DNA of 64,000 nucleotides. Origin: Podarcis cretensis. Its lineage: Eukaryota. Where the stretch lies: the NCBI GenBank assembly GCA_951804945.1, contig OX638150.1, positions 48,484,001 through 48,548,000 of the forward strand. Direction: 5' to 3'. Position 1 is the stretch's first letter. Each line of letters starts with the position of its first letter. Positions 27,380 to 40,813 of this stretch are shown one piece after another. The notes under the pieces were generated by a model that saw nothing but the letters and a program-made list of their open reading frames with translations, was not told where the DNA came from and ran no database searches. The position numbers were made by a program, and so were the translations under genes.

Positions 27380-27990
27380 TTGCATTTGGATTTTGTGTAC
27401 AGTTCTGGTTGCCTCACTTCAGAAAGGTATTTGAGAGTTAGAAAAGGACATCCAAATTGATCAAGGGGTTGGGACATTTCCTGTATATGAAAAGGTTACA
27501 GAATTTGGGACTTGTCAGTTTAAAGGTGACATGATAGAAGTGTATAAAATTATACATGTCATGGAGAAATAGGACAGAGAAACGTTTTCCTTCCTCTTTC
27601 ATAGCACTACAACTTGTGGATATCCACTGAAGATTCAGGATAGGGTGGGGGGGAGTGCTTCTTCTTGCAGCTCATAGTTAAATTATGGAACTCAGTCCCA
27701 TAGGAGGCAGTGATGGCCACTAGCTTGGATGATTTTAAAAGAGGAATAGGCAAAATCTTGGTGGATAAGGCTATCAGTGAATACTACCATGATGGCTGTG
27801 TTCCACCTCCATGGTTGGAGGCAGTAATGCTTCTGAATACCAGTTGCTGGAAACCAAAGGAGGGAAGAGTGCTCTTGTGCTCAGGTCCTGCTTACGGGTT
27901 TCCCACAGGCATCTGGTTGGCCACTGTAAGAACACGATACCAGATTGAATGGGCCATTGGTCTGATCCACCAGGCTCTTACATTCTTATG
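27380..27990 (+). mobile_element. CR1 LINE 3' end (ORF2 C-terminus plus 3' UTR), 5'-truncated
   Basis: tgtgtacagttctgg (CVQFW), ggtgacatgatagaagtgtataaaatt (GDMIEVYKI), ttatggaactca, and terminal ttggtctgatccaccaggctcttacattcttatg. Confidence 0.9.
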
Positions 27991-28222
27991 TCTTTGCTCC
28001 TCTTTTTCATCCTTTCCAGTTGCTCATAGCTGCTGGTACTAGCAAGTCTTGAACCCAGTGATCTGCCTTCTGTTATTCTTAAAGGCTTTTTTTTACCCAA
28101 GCAGCTTAAGTGCTTATTGATTGAGAACTTTTATAACTCTCAAAATGGAGGCAGCCTCATATCTCTACAGGTATTTAAAATGAATTGAATTAATCATGGG
28201 CTTAAAAGTCTCTAGTGATCTT

Positions 28223-28402
28223 NNNNNNNNNNNNNNNNNNNNNNNNNNNNNNNNNNNNNNNNNNNNNNNNNNNNNNNNNNNNNNNNNNNNNNNNNNNNNN
28301 NNNNNNNNNNNNNNNNNNNNNNNNNNNNNNNNNNNNNNNNNNNNNNNNNNNNNNNNNNNNNNNNNNNNNNNNNNNNNNNNNNNNNNNNNNNNNNNNNNNN
28401 NN
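28223..28402. other. Assembly gap (180 N)
   Basis: Run of N. Confidence 1.
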
Positions 28403-29556
28403 TTAAGTCAGCGTGTGCTGCTTTCCCCACATGGCTTCTGAATGTCAGGAATTTGACACACCTGATGATTTTTTTGTCCTTCTATTATTCTCTTTTTTTT
28501 TGCCTGCTAATGTGTAGTTTGATAGCACTGGAATAAGAAATTTAAATTATTACCACAGTTCTCATTAGGAGAATGGTCATACATTTGTGTCTCTGTATCT
28601 GTTTCTCTTGCAGTTTTTAAAAGCAAGAGTACTGAATGTAAAGTAATATAAAGCTTTGTAAGCCTTACCTGGTTTTCTGTTATCTATACCACAAATGGCA
28701 AATCGGTGCCCATAGTTTTACTTACAATGAAAGAAGAAGTAAGTTGTAAGATAGAATAAAAATATATCATTAAAGGTTGCATTTCTGTTTGAGAATTTCC
28801 CAAAGTATGCCTGAGTGAGTATCATCCATAATTGGGAATCCTTTTTTGCTAGATGGTGTCAGCCTTATTTATGGTGATCAACGACTCCTGAGAAGGTCAG
28901 TTTGTGTGGTAAAAATGGTATTGTGCACCTACAATACCAATGTGACCACATTTCAAAGGCCACTTAACAATAAAACAGGATAACAGCCTCTATCCCTGTC
29001 TGAAGTCTGTTAAAAATGCAATTACTACTAGAGAAGTACTACCCTACAGTGACTTCACACAAAAACAATACGTTTTTATATTTGTCTTTTAAATTAGTAT
29101 TTAAAAATTGAAAAGCAATGTAAACTATTTTTTCATAATATTTCAAAATTCAGAAAATAACAAACCTATATAGCTGATATTTCCAAACATTATGTAAATG
29201 GAACCCACCCTCAGAAGAAAAAGCTTTTGTAGCAGCAACCAGATCATGATGACAAATTTTGAACCTAAGCTTCATTTGGATAGAAGCTAGACGAGCATGA
29301 TTCAAGAAAACAGACAGTGTCTCCTGGTCTCAACCAATTGGACAGCCACCCACTCAAGAAACTTCTCTGCTTCTAAATTCAACATTCAGCTATGCATTGT
29401 CAACATGAATGCTTTGAACAACCAGTCATATTGGCTGCAGCTCTGCTTGGAGCTAAAGGAGTATTTTTGTCCTTGAAAGTTTAGTGTCAGCAGGGAATCT
29501 ATACTTGCTGGTGCCAAACAAAACATGCAATTTAGTTAGTCTTATCTTTCCTAGAT

Positions 29557-29915
29557 GTGGACGTGGGTGGCGCTTTGGGTAAAACCTCAGTGCCTAGGGC
29601 TTGCCGATCGCATGGTCGGCAGTTCGAATCCCCACGGCGGGGTGAGCTCCCGTCTTTCGGTCCCAGCTCCTGCGCACCTAGCAGTTCGAAAGCACCCTTA
29701 AGTGCAAGTAGATAAATAGGTACCGCTTTATAGCGGGAAGGTAAACGGCGTTTCCGTGTGCTGCGCTGGTGCAGGCTCACCAGAGCAGCTTCGTCACGCT
29801 GGCCACGTGACCCGGAAGTGTCTCCGGACAGTGCTGGCCTCGGCCTCTTAAGTGAGATGGGCGCACAACCCTATAGTCGGACACGACTGGCCCGTACAGG
29901 CAGGGGTACCTTTAC
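29557..29915 (+). mobile_element. Sauria SINE, full length
   Basis: tRNA-like head with B box GTTCGAATCC, core gcaagtagataaataggtacc, and accttt-type tail. Perfect 16-bp TSD CTTATCTTTCCTAGAT at 29541-29556 and 29916-29931. Confidence 0.93.
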
Positions 29916-31031
29916 CTTATCTTTCCTAGATAGCAGGTATGCAGATCTTAAGGGAAGTTAGCCTGAGAATTTGGTGGTGAAAGAGAGAAAACTGGGATTA
30001 GGAAACACATTGAGTTAAACTAAGGAGACAGGAACTGTTAGTATGGGGGGCTGGCCATGTGAGAACAGAAATAGAAAAAAAGAGTTGGAAAGAGGTTTTT
30101 TTTCTGTTGGAAATGTCCTGAATGAGGATGGGAATGAAAGAGGGGAAATAGTTGAAATGGTTTTGGGAAAATATTGAAATTCCCCTCTTTTAAAACATAC
30201 ATTCTGAAGATTGTGCTGGGTTTCTAGATTGAAGGGTTAAATAAGATTATATCATTCTGACAGATAAGAAAACCCAACATCTTCACTTCCTGCTCATTGC
30301 TTGGAAAGTAAAATAGATTGCCTGTTTGTGAAGCATTTTGTTCACAACTGAAGTTTTTTTCCAGGTTAGAGTAAAATTAGATATGGAATAAGTTTGTAGT
30401 TTTCAGCTTAGACCCTAGTGAACCACCATCCATCTTTCTCATTGGGGAAAACATATACAATATCACAACAGCAGCAGTTTAATTTCTGCTAAAAAGAACA
30501 TTTTGGCTTGAGTTATTACAGATGCAGAATTAATTATCCTCTTGAGGAAGGATTCTCACAGGGTCAGCTTGAAGAGCACTGGTAATAAATTGATTGCACA
30601 TCTGTCTACAGCATACTTCCCAGTGGTCTGTGGAATAATGAACTTCTGTCTTAAATTGTCGTTTACTTCTGAAATAATAAAAGACAGGATTTCCACCATA
30701 CTGTCTAATACAGCCCAGTCCATAAAGCTTCAGCCTGCTCCTGTGAGTGCTTGTGCTGAGGGAGCAGACTGCAGGGCCCTGCACTGGGACTTGCCTTTTC
30801 TACACAGGATTAGCTCCCCCTTCTTTGCTGCAGCATAGCTCAGAATTACATATTACAGCTCTGTGTTTAAGCCGCAGTAAGGAGTCTTCACCTGACAGCT
30901 TTTGAAAACATGACAGCAGCTGCCACACAGAATGCCTTTGAGATAGGGATGTCCACTGAAATTTTAGCAGCTGTTACTGCTTTGTTTTAGGTTTTTTTTT
31001 TTTAAAAAAAAAAAAGTTTTATAGTGTAGAT

Positions 31032-31258
31032 CATGGGTAGGCAAACTAAGGCCCGGGGGCCTTAGTGTTTTTACATGAGTTTTACATGCCTGGTGTTTTT
31101 ACATGAGTAGAATGTATGCTTTTTTTTAAAATGCATCTCTGGGTTATTTGTGGGGCATAGGAATTCATTCCCCCCCCCCTTCAAAATGTAGTCCGGCCCC
31201 CCACAAGGTCTGAGGGACAGTCGACCAGCCCCCTGCTGAAAAAGTTTGCTGACGCCTG
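31032..31258. mobile_element. hAT (Charlie/Buster-type) MITE
   Basis: TIRs CATGGGTAGGCAAAC / GTTTGCTGACGCCTG. Perfect 8-bp TSD GTGTAGAT at 31024-31031 and 31259-31266. Confidence 0.9.
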
Positions 31259-31318
31259 GTGTAGATTATATTGTTATGGTCTTCATTGCCTTGGGCTCCT
31301 GCAGGAAGAAGGGTTGGT

Positions 31319-31348
31319 TGAATGAATGAATGAATGAATGAATGAATG
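31319..31348. repeat. (TGAA)n microsatellite, probably a retroelement tail
   Basis: Seven TGAA units following gccttgggctcc...gaagggttgg. Confidence 0.9.
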
Positions 31349-32394
31349 TGGAGAGCCTTTCTCATAGTGACTGTGCTAGAGTGGAGAATGTTCCAAGTGA
31401 TAAGGAGGAGGAGCTACATGTTAAGTGTTAGAAAGTTCTTGTGGAACTTTCCCCACATGCATACATTTTCCATTGCTTTCATAACAGAGAGTGAAATGAA
31501 CAGATAGTTGAGCCATGAATAACAGTTGGACTGCCCTGACAGAGGGAGTGAGCTGCAGAAGCACAAACCTGAGCTTTCCTGAGTGTTATTCAGGAAACAT
31601 AATGACCATGACTTGGGCGGGGATCCCACCATTTTCTGCGTCATCATAATGAGAAATAAGCTGCAATTTATTGCTTTGGTCTAATTAAATAGATTTTTTA
31701 AAAAAATCATGTTGGGCAGTGTCAGAAACGAAAATTCATGTGGTTTGTGACATAACTATGAATCAGAAGCCAGTAAATGCTTTCTACTGTGAAGCCTCTA
31801 CATTTTTTCTTTGTGTACATGTATATATGTACTGTTTTGTATGTATTGTGTTGTGTAACATCAGCATGATATTTCCTTTCTTAAAAAGAACTTTATTCAA
31901 CAATCAACATAAACTTACATACTGATACACAACAACACACATTACATTATATACATCATTAGCCACAAATTTTACATATATCTATTTTACATTCCATTCA
32001 TTTCAAAATAAATATGATGTAAACTAATTAAGTGGGTATCAATAATCTTCTTCTTAGAATCCCTTGAAAACAAATGAGTTCAGTCCGCTCCTTCTGTGAG
32101 CATAATTCCTACGCATGGAGGGATCCCCATCAAGCACACCAGGTGGTTACAAAGAATGGGACAGGACGTCTATGCATGCATTCGTTGATTGAGCTGAAAG
32201 AGGAGGGTTAGACAGGATATGAGAGATGCACTGAGACCTTCTATTCTTGGAGAAGCCTCACACAGCACTTATAAACACATCTTGACATTGATAGAAATAG
32301 CTAATACCTAAAATAGTAATAGCTTACAGTCATTATTTGATTTTTAAAAATGACCTTTCTATAAATATATACATAACTATATAACATAAGTATA

Positions 32395-32746
32395 AAAAGG
32401 TAAAGGGACCCCTGACCGTTAGGTCCAGTGGTGGATGACTCTGGGGTTGTGGCGCTCATCTCGCTTTATTGGCCGAGGGAACCGGCGTACAGCTTCCGGG
32501 TCATGTGGCCAGCATGACTAAGCCGCTTCTGGCGACCCAGAGCAGCGCACAGAAACACCATTTACCTTCCTGCCAGAGTGGTACCTATTTATCTACTTGC
32601 ACTTTGACATGCTTTCAAACTGCTAGGTGGGCAGGAGCTAGGACCGAGCAACGGGAGCTCACCCCATTGCAGGGATTCGAACCGCCGACCTTCTGATCGG
32701 CAAGCCCTAGGCTCTGTGGTTTAGACCACAGCGCCACCCACTTCCC
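32395..32746 (-). mobile_element. Sauria SINE, full length
   Basis: Minus strand gggtggcgctgtggtctaaacc...ggttcgaatccc...ggtcaggggtccctttacctttt. Perfect 14-bp TSD ATAACATAAGTATA at 32381-32394 and 32747-32760. Confidence 0.95.
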
Positions 32747-32870
32747 ATAACATAAGTATACCTTCATGTTAATATGCACATATTCAGGTCTTCATGCTTT
32801 TGAATGGGTAAAATGTAAGGAGTAATTACAGTTTTCTATAACATTTCAGTTATTTGTGTTAAGGACGTTT

Positions 32871-34084
32871 ACAATACGATACGATAATCGTTATTGTCGT
32901 TGTCCCATACAGAACAACGAAATTGAAAAATCTACATAAAACATTCAAAACCCAGCAAGCCTGCTATCCTAGCTATCCCAACCTGGTTAGCCCCCTAATA
33001 ACTCTGATACCCCATTTTTAAATACAATATACTCCCATAGAGACTTGTTACACTGCGTTTAAAACCAAAATTGCATTTGGGTAGAAACTGTTTCTCAGGT
33101 GGCTAGTCCTAGTCTTTATAACCCTGTACCTTCTTCCAGAAGGCAGAAGCTGAAAGAGATCATTTCCGGGGTGCGCACTATCCTGCGCTATCTCTGCAGC
33201 TTTCTTATGGCACCTGGAAGCATAGATTTGATCCAAGGTGGGAAGAGTGCACCCAATTATTCTCTCTGCAGTCTTTACAACCCTGGACAGCATTGTTTTT
33301 TCCCTGACCATGCAGCTCCCAAACCACACACACAGACCATAAGTTAATACACTCTCCACAGTACAATGGTAAAATGCCATCAACAGGTCCTTTGAGCGAT
33401 TGTTTTTCCAGAGGATTCTCAGAAAATATAACCTCTGCTGTGCTCTCTTCACCATGTCTTTGCTGTTTTCTCCCCAAGTTAGGTCATCTCTCAACTCCAT
33501 TCCCAGAAATGTAAAAACACTGAGACCTGTTCCACGCACTTCCCCTCAATAATAAGTGGCTGAATATTCAATTTACATTTCCTAAAGTCCACAATAATTT
33601 CTTTTGTTTTCTTTAAATTAAGGAGTAAGTTGTTTCTCCTGCACCACTCCCCCAACTGCTCAACTTCCTTCCAATAGGCCACCTCCCCCTCTCCAGCCAT
33701 GATTAAACCAACCACTGTTGTATCATCTGCAAACTTAATGATCTTATTACTGGGGTATTTGGGGGCACAGTCAGCTGTATAGAGCGTATATAAAAGCGGG
33801 CTCAACACGCACCCCTGTGGTGTCCCCGTATTCATGATGAGATCCGCAGAGATGTGGGAACCCATCCTGACCCATTGGGAATGGTTTGATAGAAAATCTA
33901 ATAGCCACCTGCACAAACATGGTGGAAGTCCCAGGTCTAATAGTTTGGGCACCAATCAATGCGGAAGAATAGTATTAAATGCAGAACTAAAGTCTACAAA
34001 TAACAGTCTCGCATAGTTCCCTTGCTTCACCAAATGAGTCAGGACAGCATGTAAAGCCATTGCCACAGCATCTCCCCTGGATCT
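32871..34084 (-). mobile_element. Rex1/Babar-clade non-LTR retrotransposon, 5'-truncated (RT pseudogene, 3' UTR and microsatellite tail)
   Basis: Translates [51 protein letters not shown] and AQQRLYFLR. One stop near 33957 and one frameshift near 33515. 3' end reads caatttcgttg...acaataacga then (TATCG)n. Confidence 0.88.
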
Positions 34085-34771
34085 CACATTATAATAATAC
34101 ATTATTATAATGTATCTTTCATGTTATTATTTTGACTTAGAGCCCAGCTAATCCGAAAGGTCCCTTCGTTTAGATGTTACTACCGTGTCAAACAATGTTC
34201 ATCCTTAATAATACTATCTCTATTCTTGGTTTTTAAACTTGTTTATTTTATTGTGTTTTTTTAATTAAGGATGTTTTAATGCCCTATTGTATTTGATGCT
34301 GTATACCTTAATTGTCTATTGCTTTTATAGTTGTGACTATAAAATGCATGGAAATTATTTTTCTTTCATATGCAAAGATAGTGCTGTAATATTCAATATC
34401 CACAGTTGTGTGCTGCTTGATATAGAGATTTATTAAGTAATAGATTTCAGATTATAAATTGTGCAAAATGAGAAAGTGAACCTATTTATTGAAATTATAT
34501 CCACTGTTGAAATAAAATGAAATTCAGACCCCAAAGTTGGGGTCTCTTTTCATCAAGTGTAGGTTGTTCAGTAAAAGTTATTTGCATCTCTCATAGATCT
34601 ATAGGTCCTCAAAGATCAATCAGAGCAGCATGACTTGCATTTTCTATTAAATCACAATTTGAAGTCTGTTGCTTATGAGTATAGTCTTACCCATAGACTT
34701 GTACACAGTCAGTATGTGGATATATATGCATGACATGCTGTTACCTTTTTTTCTCTAATTCAATTTTCCAG

Positions 34772-34966
34772 CTGCGTGCCCAGTTCTGTGCAGTGGCAAT
34801 GGACAATACACCAAAGGAGCCTGTTTGTGCTACAGTGGCTGGAAAGGGCCAGAGTGTGATGTACCAATAAGCCAATGTATTGATCCTTCATGCGGGGGCC
34901 ACGGTTCTTGCATTGAAGGGAACTGCGTCTGCTCTGTTGGCTACAAAGGCGAAAACTGTGAGGAAG
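34772..34966 (+). CDS. TENM2: Teneurin-2 exon, EGF-like repeats 2-3 (195 nt, phase 1-1)
   Basis: Acceptor caattttccAG, donor AAG|GTaaat. Translates (A)[67 protein letters not shown]2 has Tyr in place of the third Cys, the teneurin hallmark that leaves a free Cys for dimerisation. Confidence 0.97.
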
Positions 34967-36879
34967 GTAAATGCTACAATACAAACTATATTTTTGCAGC
35001 TTTTGTTGAGTAAAGGGGGTGAGAGGACAAAAAGAAATGTGCCATAATGCAGTGGTTACAATAAGAATAATAGTACTGGACAAGAATCTCAGGAATTCAG
35101 TACCTCCTGTGTTATTGGCTGGTAGAACTTTTATTTATACTTCTTTTCTTCCATGTACTTAGAGTCCTAATCATTCTACCAATTGCAGAATAGTATATAC
35201 CATAGGTAAATCTGAGTGATTCTTTTGTTGAAGAGTCCAGATCCATCTTTTCTTTCTTTTGAAATATGGATTATATTTATTGAACGTTTTTAAAGTGCAA
35301 AATGCAGAACAAAACAAATAAAAAAGACGGTATATAAAATGGCATAATTGGAAACCCATAAAAGCAAACACTTCAGTCATAATTAATTCAGAAAAAGAGG
35401 AACCAGATTTGAAAGACTACAGGTATCCATGTCACTTAGTGACCCCATGTAGAGTAAATTATTATTGTTACATGCAATCACGTTGAATTAAAGGAAAGTA
35501 GATGGTACACAGAAAGGACGGCAATTTAATGAATTCTAAAAAGCACTTTGTATTGAACATTTAAGTAGCTGCAGTTTTCTGCAGAAGGAGTTGGGGGCAG
35601 AGAAGAGAAGTGGAATCGAACATGACCATATATGGCCAACAATCAAGCTTTTTAATGATTTTTGTATATGGTTAATTTTTGTAAGGTGTTGCATGCCATA
35701 AATGGAGAGATTTCATTTAATACTGCTGCTTTCAGAAGCATACTCCACTTTGCCAGAAAATAAGGTGCTACAGTCGAAGCATGCAAAGTAGCTGGTTCCA
35801 TGTACAGTAGAAGATTTATGCTATCAGCATCCAATGCTATGTTCCTACTAAATTATCATGTAAGGAATGCATGTGACAGTATGGACCGTTCTCTGTTCTT
35901 GAGCATACCCGTCCTCGGGGGATGAGCATGCCAATTTTTTACCTACATATTTAGAATTCAGTGTCAGGACATACTTGTAGGCAAAGGAAGCACTCCTTTA
36001 AGGGAAAGTAAGAGGTAATTTGAAACACCTCCAGCTTCCTTTTATATTAGCACATATTGCAGGAATAGTAGAAGCATGCTGATTTGCTTCAACCTCTTCT
36101 AAAGTCATTTGCAAAGGCAGCTTCCTTGTTTAGTGCACTTCCTTAATTGCTAAGGTAAAGTGAGTCCTGCTGTGGCAGTATGTGTGCCACATGTAGGTTC
36201 CGGATCATGGGGAGGCTTCTAAGTGCAGGAGGATACACTTACATTCTGCTTAGAGATCTTTCCATTTGGGGAGATGATGCAGCAGGTGGGAGCACTGTGT
36301 GCAGCCCTGGCGTCATCTCCATGCATTAACTCCACACAGTTTGGAATAATGTGTGAATAAAGCTATCGAGTAAGTCTGTAGCTGAGAGCAGTTTAAGACA
36401 GAAGATTGTCATGTGTCAGGTGAAAATAACCTATTGAAAAGAAAACCGAGAGCAGAGGAACACAGGGATGTACCTGCTCAACAGTGCTTGCTTGAGGCAT
36501 TTTGCTGCCTCATCTAGAGCCCAAATGACATGCACCCCTTGTACGGCTAGAGCCACACACATTTAAAAGTCTTGCTGCAAAATTCACACACCAATTCCTT
36601 TCCAAGTTGCTTTACCCTGCTGCACAGAAAAGCCAGCCCTGTTTCTGAAGCCTCTGATAACTGGGGGTTATGGTTGATGGATATATTTTGCATCTCCGTA
36701 AATGCATTCTGCCCCACCCTTGCTGTAAAATAATAAGATTTGGGTTACCAGCCGTCTAATACTATATTTCATAGTAGGAGAAGGTTTTTGTGTGTGAGGC
36801 CTGTTCCTTATCCCTTATCCCCTCCACTCCTGAAACTCAACCCCCACCTAATGTCTCACCTTGCCCCAAATATGCCCAC

Positions 36880-37045
36880 TTGACCACTTTGATCTGTCTC
36901 ATGTTACTTGTTTTGCAGTTGTAAAATATCAATCTTTCAGTGTAGCAGTACCTGTACTTTGGAGCTCCCTGCCTACTGATATCAGACAGGTGCCTTTGCT
37001 GTGCTTTTTTCAGCATGTTTGTTTGAGCAAATGTATCCAAACATG
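36880..37045 (+). mobile_element. L2-type LINE 3' fragment, degenerate
   Basis: tctttcagtgtagcagtacctgtactttggagctccctgcctactgatatcagacag translates SFSVAVPVLWSSLPTDIRQ. Confidence 0.7.
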
Positions 37046-38542
37046 ACTGTTGATGTGTATGTTTGTTTTTGGTATTAATTTTAATTTTCTGTTTTTATTT
37101 TTTAAGTGCACATATTGATAATTTTAATATTTAACCTGAACAGAACTACAAGGCTCTGTTGCAGGTTGGAGGTGTACACAGAAGCACTCCTCTTATGGAA
37201 TATGCTTCCACATTTTGTTGTGGGCTTCAGATGTATGCTGCTAATGCCTTAATGGCCATTTAGTCTCCATCAGTTTTATCACATTGTTTTATCACATTGT
37301 TTTATCCCCATGGATAATGTACAGAGGAACTGTCTGATTGGGACATGCAATAGGGTCTGACAAATCTTGTATCAAAAATGAAAGTGGAATTACTTCAGAC
37401 AGATTTGGGGCTTGGGGCTTAATTGTCCTGGTAGAATCTCTCCAAAGTGAAGCGGGGACCTTTTTGTGGTGCTTCAGAGGTTCAGATGTTTTAAAAATGC
37501 TGCAAATAGTGGATTTGCAAAAATTCAAACATTTCTTGTTAGATTTGCCATATAAATAAAATGCCATGGTTAGAGGGGGGTATTCATAACTGATAGATCT
37601 AAGCTTCTAATTAGATGGCATGCTTTTACCAGAGCTCTCTACGCACTGCGCTTTGGGGAAGAGATGTTGAAACAATGTGTATCACCTTGTTCTCTTGTCT
37701 GTGCTCTTTGCTAGTTCTGCTGGTTGTGCTTGATTGAAAACTGCTGGACATGGTCTTTGTGTCCTGTTTCCACACATCCTCTCCTCTCAAATCAGTGTTG
37801 CACTTTGTTTCTGTGAGTTTTGGTGTGAACTGAGCAGAAGACAAGGCTCAAGTTATTTTTTAAATCATATGTCTCTGGCTCCACTGTTCTGACATTTCCT
37901 TTACAATGTATGACGTTTTAATAATAACATTGCTGTTCATAAAACCACGAGAATTGAAGCATTTGCCTTTTAGTTATCTCACCCCCCACTTTAAAATCCA
38001 CTTTAAAGGTGCACAACACTAATATCTCTGGACCTTTTGATTGTAGTTTCTTGCTTAACTCTTTCATTGCCCAAAACATGTGTGTTCATCTTTCCAAAGG
38101 TGCTACCATGCAAGCCATTTCCATCCAGTTCTGCCAATAATATAATCCTTTTGGAGGGGAGGAATTAAAGATGCTCAGCACAAAAATCTGTAAATATTTT
38201 TTTAGTTTGGCAAATGTAGTTGTAGTTTGGCAGACATTATCCACTCAGAAGTGGGGGGGGGGCTACTTTGCTTGCACATCTCATCCATTTCTGTCAAAAG
38301 AATTTTTCCATAATGCGGAAGGCATGAGTTTCATTTTCCAAGTCAAGATTCAAACTCCAAGCAGAATTGGACAGCTTCCAAAGCACTTTGGATTGAATTT
38401 TGCTCTTGTTCAGAGCACAGAAGTGGGGGCTGGACCAAATCTTGTAAGCAGTGTGAATTCCCCTACTATCTGATCTAAAGCTTACTGAAGTGAAAGCTAT
38501 TAATATTACCTAAGCCTTTAATAAAAGTGTATTATTTCTATG

Positions 38543-38549
38543 TCTCTCT

Positions 38550-38595
<46 letters not shown>

Positions 38596-38596
38596 G
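38543..38596. repeat. Compound microsatellite (TC)5(TG)11(AG)11
   Basis: Directly visible. Confidence 0.95.
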
Positions 38597-39420
38597 CGCA
38601 ACAGAGGCAGAGGCAGGGGCAGTGATTGATGATCACTACATTATTGCATAAAGTGCTTACAAATACCTGGCATTTTATGTACAGTAGCCATGCATGCATA
38701 TAGTAATGCTGGCTTTCAGAATGTACACTGCAGTTTTTTGTATCCGACATAATTACAGGGGCTCATTCATCTACTTAAGAACTACTTACAAGATGAGCAC
38801 ATTTTCCTTTGAAAAAAATGCTATAATAGATTTTCAAAATTAAACCTAGGAAATGTTAATGCTGTATAACACATTAATGTTTATAGTCCATGGTCAATTA
38901 TTACTGTTAATGTCTATACATGTTCATACTCATGACATTTTGTTATTCCATTTCAGCTGTCCTTTACAAGTCATAGTAGTCAGAACCTGTGTTGCCTTTC
39001 CCTCAAACTAGTTTTCATCTCCAAGTTATCAGAGTATGGGAAAGGAATACTATCATCTACAGGCAGATCACCTTTGTACTGCAGTTCTTTTACATTTTCC
39101 ATAAACACTTGAACATTAATGAAATCCTGTTCTTTTTATAAACTCTTTGTGACTGCTAGAGTCTGACCTTCCTCTGTGTTAGGAAAAAGGGTGCAAATAA
39201 TTTCATCAAAAGCATGGAAGGATAAGAAATTTGAAAGATAAATCGATTTTTTAACTACAAGCATAGAAGGTGAAATAACATGACGAGAAAGGTTAAAATA
39301 ACCTTTTGCACGCCTCATTTGAAAAAACAGATTTCCATAGTATTGGCACATGTTCTTTTAAACACTTTCATTTTACAAACATTATGCACAGTTCTTCAAA
39401 GGTTTCTGAATAGAATAGTA

Positions 39421-39540
39421 CAGGATTAACCTGTGGCCCTTGAGATGTTGCTGGACTACAACTCCCATAACCTTGCTGGCCAGGACTGATGGGAGGTGGA
39501 GTCCAACAAGATCTGAGGGGGACACAGCTTCCCCACCCCT
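39421..39540. mobile_element. Palindromic hAT-type MITE, degenerate
   Basis: agatgttgctggactacaactccca ... tgatgggaggtggagtccaacaagatctg. Same family as 63158-63295. Confidence 0.8.
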
Positions 39541-40682
39541 TTAGTAGTGTAGATAATGAATAGTAAGGCAGTTCCTCAACAGTTTTAAAATCTTGTTGCG
39601 TTGCATTTCAGGAATTAACACAGTAACAAAACACATAAACATACCTGAATTTTTATTAAAGGGTAAAAATCTTCTCTATTGATTTGTGCTTTTGGAAAGA
39701 ATGATCAAGGTTGATTCATATGCTACTTTCCAGCTAGGAAATGGAATTGGATACTGTAGGTCAGCATTTTCCCCCCGCTAGCTTTTTATTTCAGATATTC
39801 ATCATAGTCATATCGTTCAAACAATTTACCTGAAATGGCCATGGCACCAAAATCAATATTTGTGATCTACAAATTTTGCTGCATAAACACTGTTGCTCTA
39901 TTAAGTCTGCACACAAAAATGAAAATAGCTAACTTGTCAGGCTTCATTCAATGCAATTTGGGGTAGAAAGTGAGTGAAATTAACAAATTAGGTTAGGTTA
40001 ACAGTGTTTTTCTTGTCACTTTCATGGTTGAGTCATTTTTCAATGGCATTTAACTTTGTAAGTGTAATTCTTGGCCCTAGAGGAGCTTACAGAACACATT
40101 GTCGGGGAAACTCCTTGACCTTCTTTTTTGTCCTTGTGGGAATAAATTACATTCACTCTCCCCTTTTGTCAATCCATGGAGGCTTCATCACTAAATGAGT
40201 TCTAATGAGCTGAGCTCTAAGGGGTTGCAGATTCTAAGTCTCATATTGTTAAGACAACTTTTGAGATGCACTGTCTAAGTATGATAGGCTCCATTCACAA
40301 ATCCTTTCTGAATAATATTGGACATCCTTCTAAAAAATAAAATGGGCTGTGATTCAGGGCCCTTTCTCACCCCCTGAGCCTCTAGCAACTAGTGCTGACA
40401 TCACTCTGTAGCTAGACTGTCATGCGCATGATAATGCTTTGTGATGAACTGAAGCTTACTGGGTTGGGGAGGTTGATGTCTCAGGACGGGGTGGTTGCAC
40501 TGGGGAATCCAATCCAGGTTTCCTATTGATGTACCTTTGTAGTCATAACTGCACCACTGCTCTGCCCACCCCTACACTGTCCCAGTAAGCAGCAGTAACA
40601 TCACTATTGCTAGGCATTCCTGGTATCTATTTTTGTGAACTAGATATGGAGCCAGGAATCTGTAACACACATTTGCCTAGTA

Positions 40683-40813
40683 CAGGAATAGTGAGCCTGT
40701 AACCCCCCAAATGTTGCTGGACTACAACAACCAGAACCATTGGCCATGCTGGCTGGGGTTGATGAGTACCAGAGTCCAACAACATACGGAGGACTACAAG
40801 TTCTCTACATCTG
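40683..40813. mobile_element. Palindromic hAT-type MITE, degenerate
   Basis: Same family core (atgttgctggactacaac...gagtccaacaacat). Perfect 8-bp TSD GCCTAGTA at 40675-40682 and 40814-40821. Confidence 0.85.

Noticed and set aside
28196-28441. ORFs spanning poly-X
   Set aside because: Artefacts of the 180-N assembly gap.
29557-29640. tRNA gene-like A/B boxes
   Set aside because: These are SINE heads with no complete cloverleaf. The same applies to 6884, 13347 and 32660-32746.
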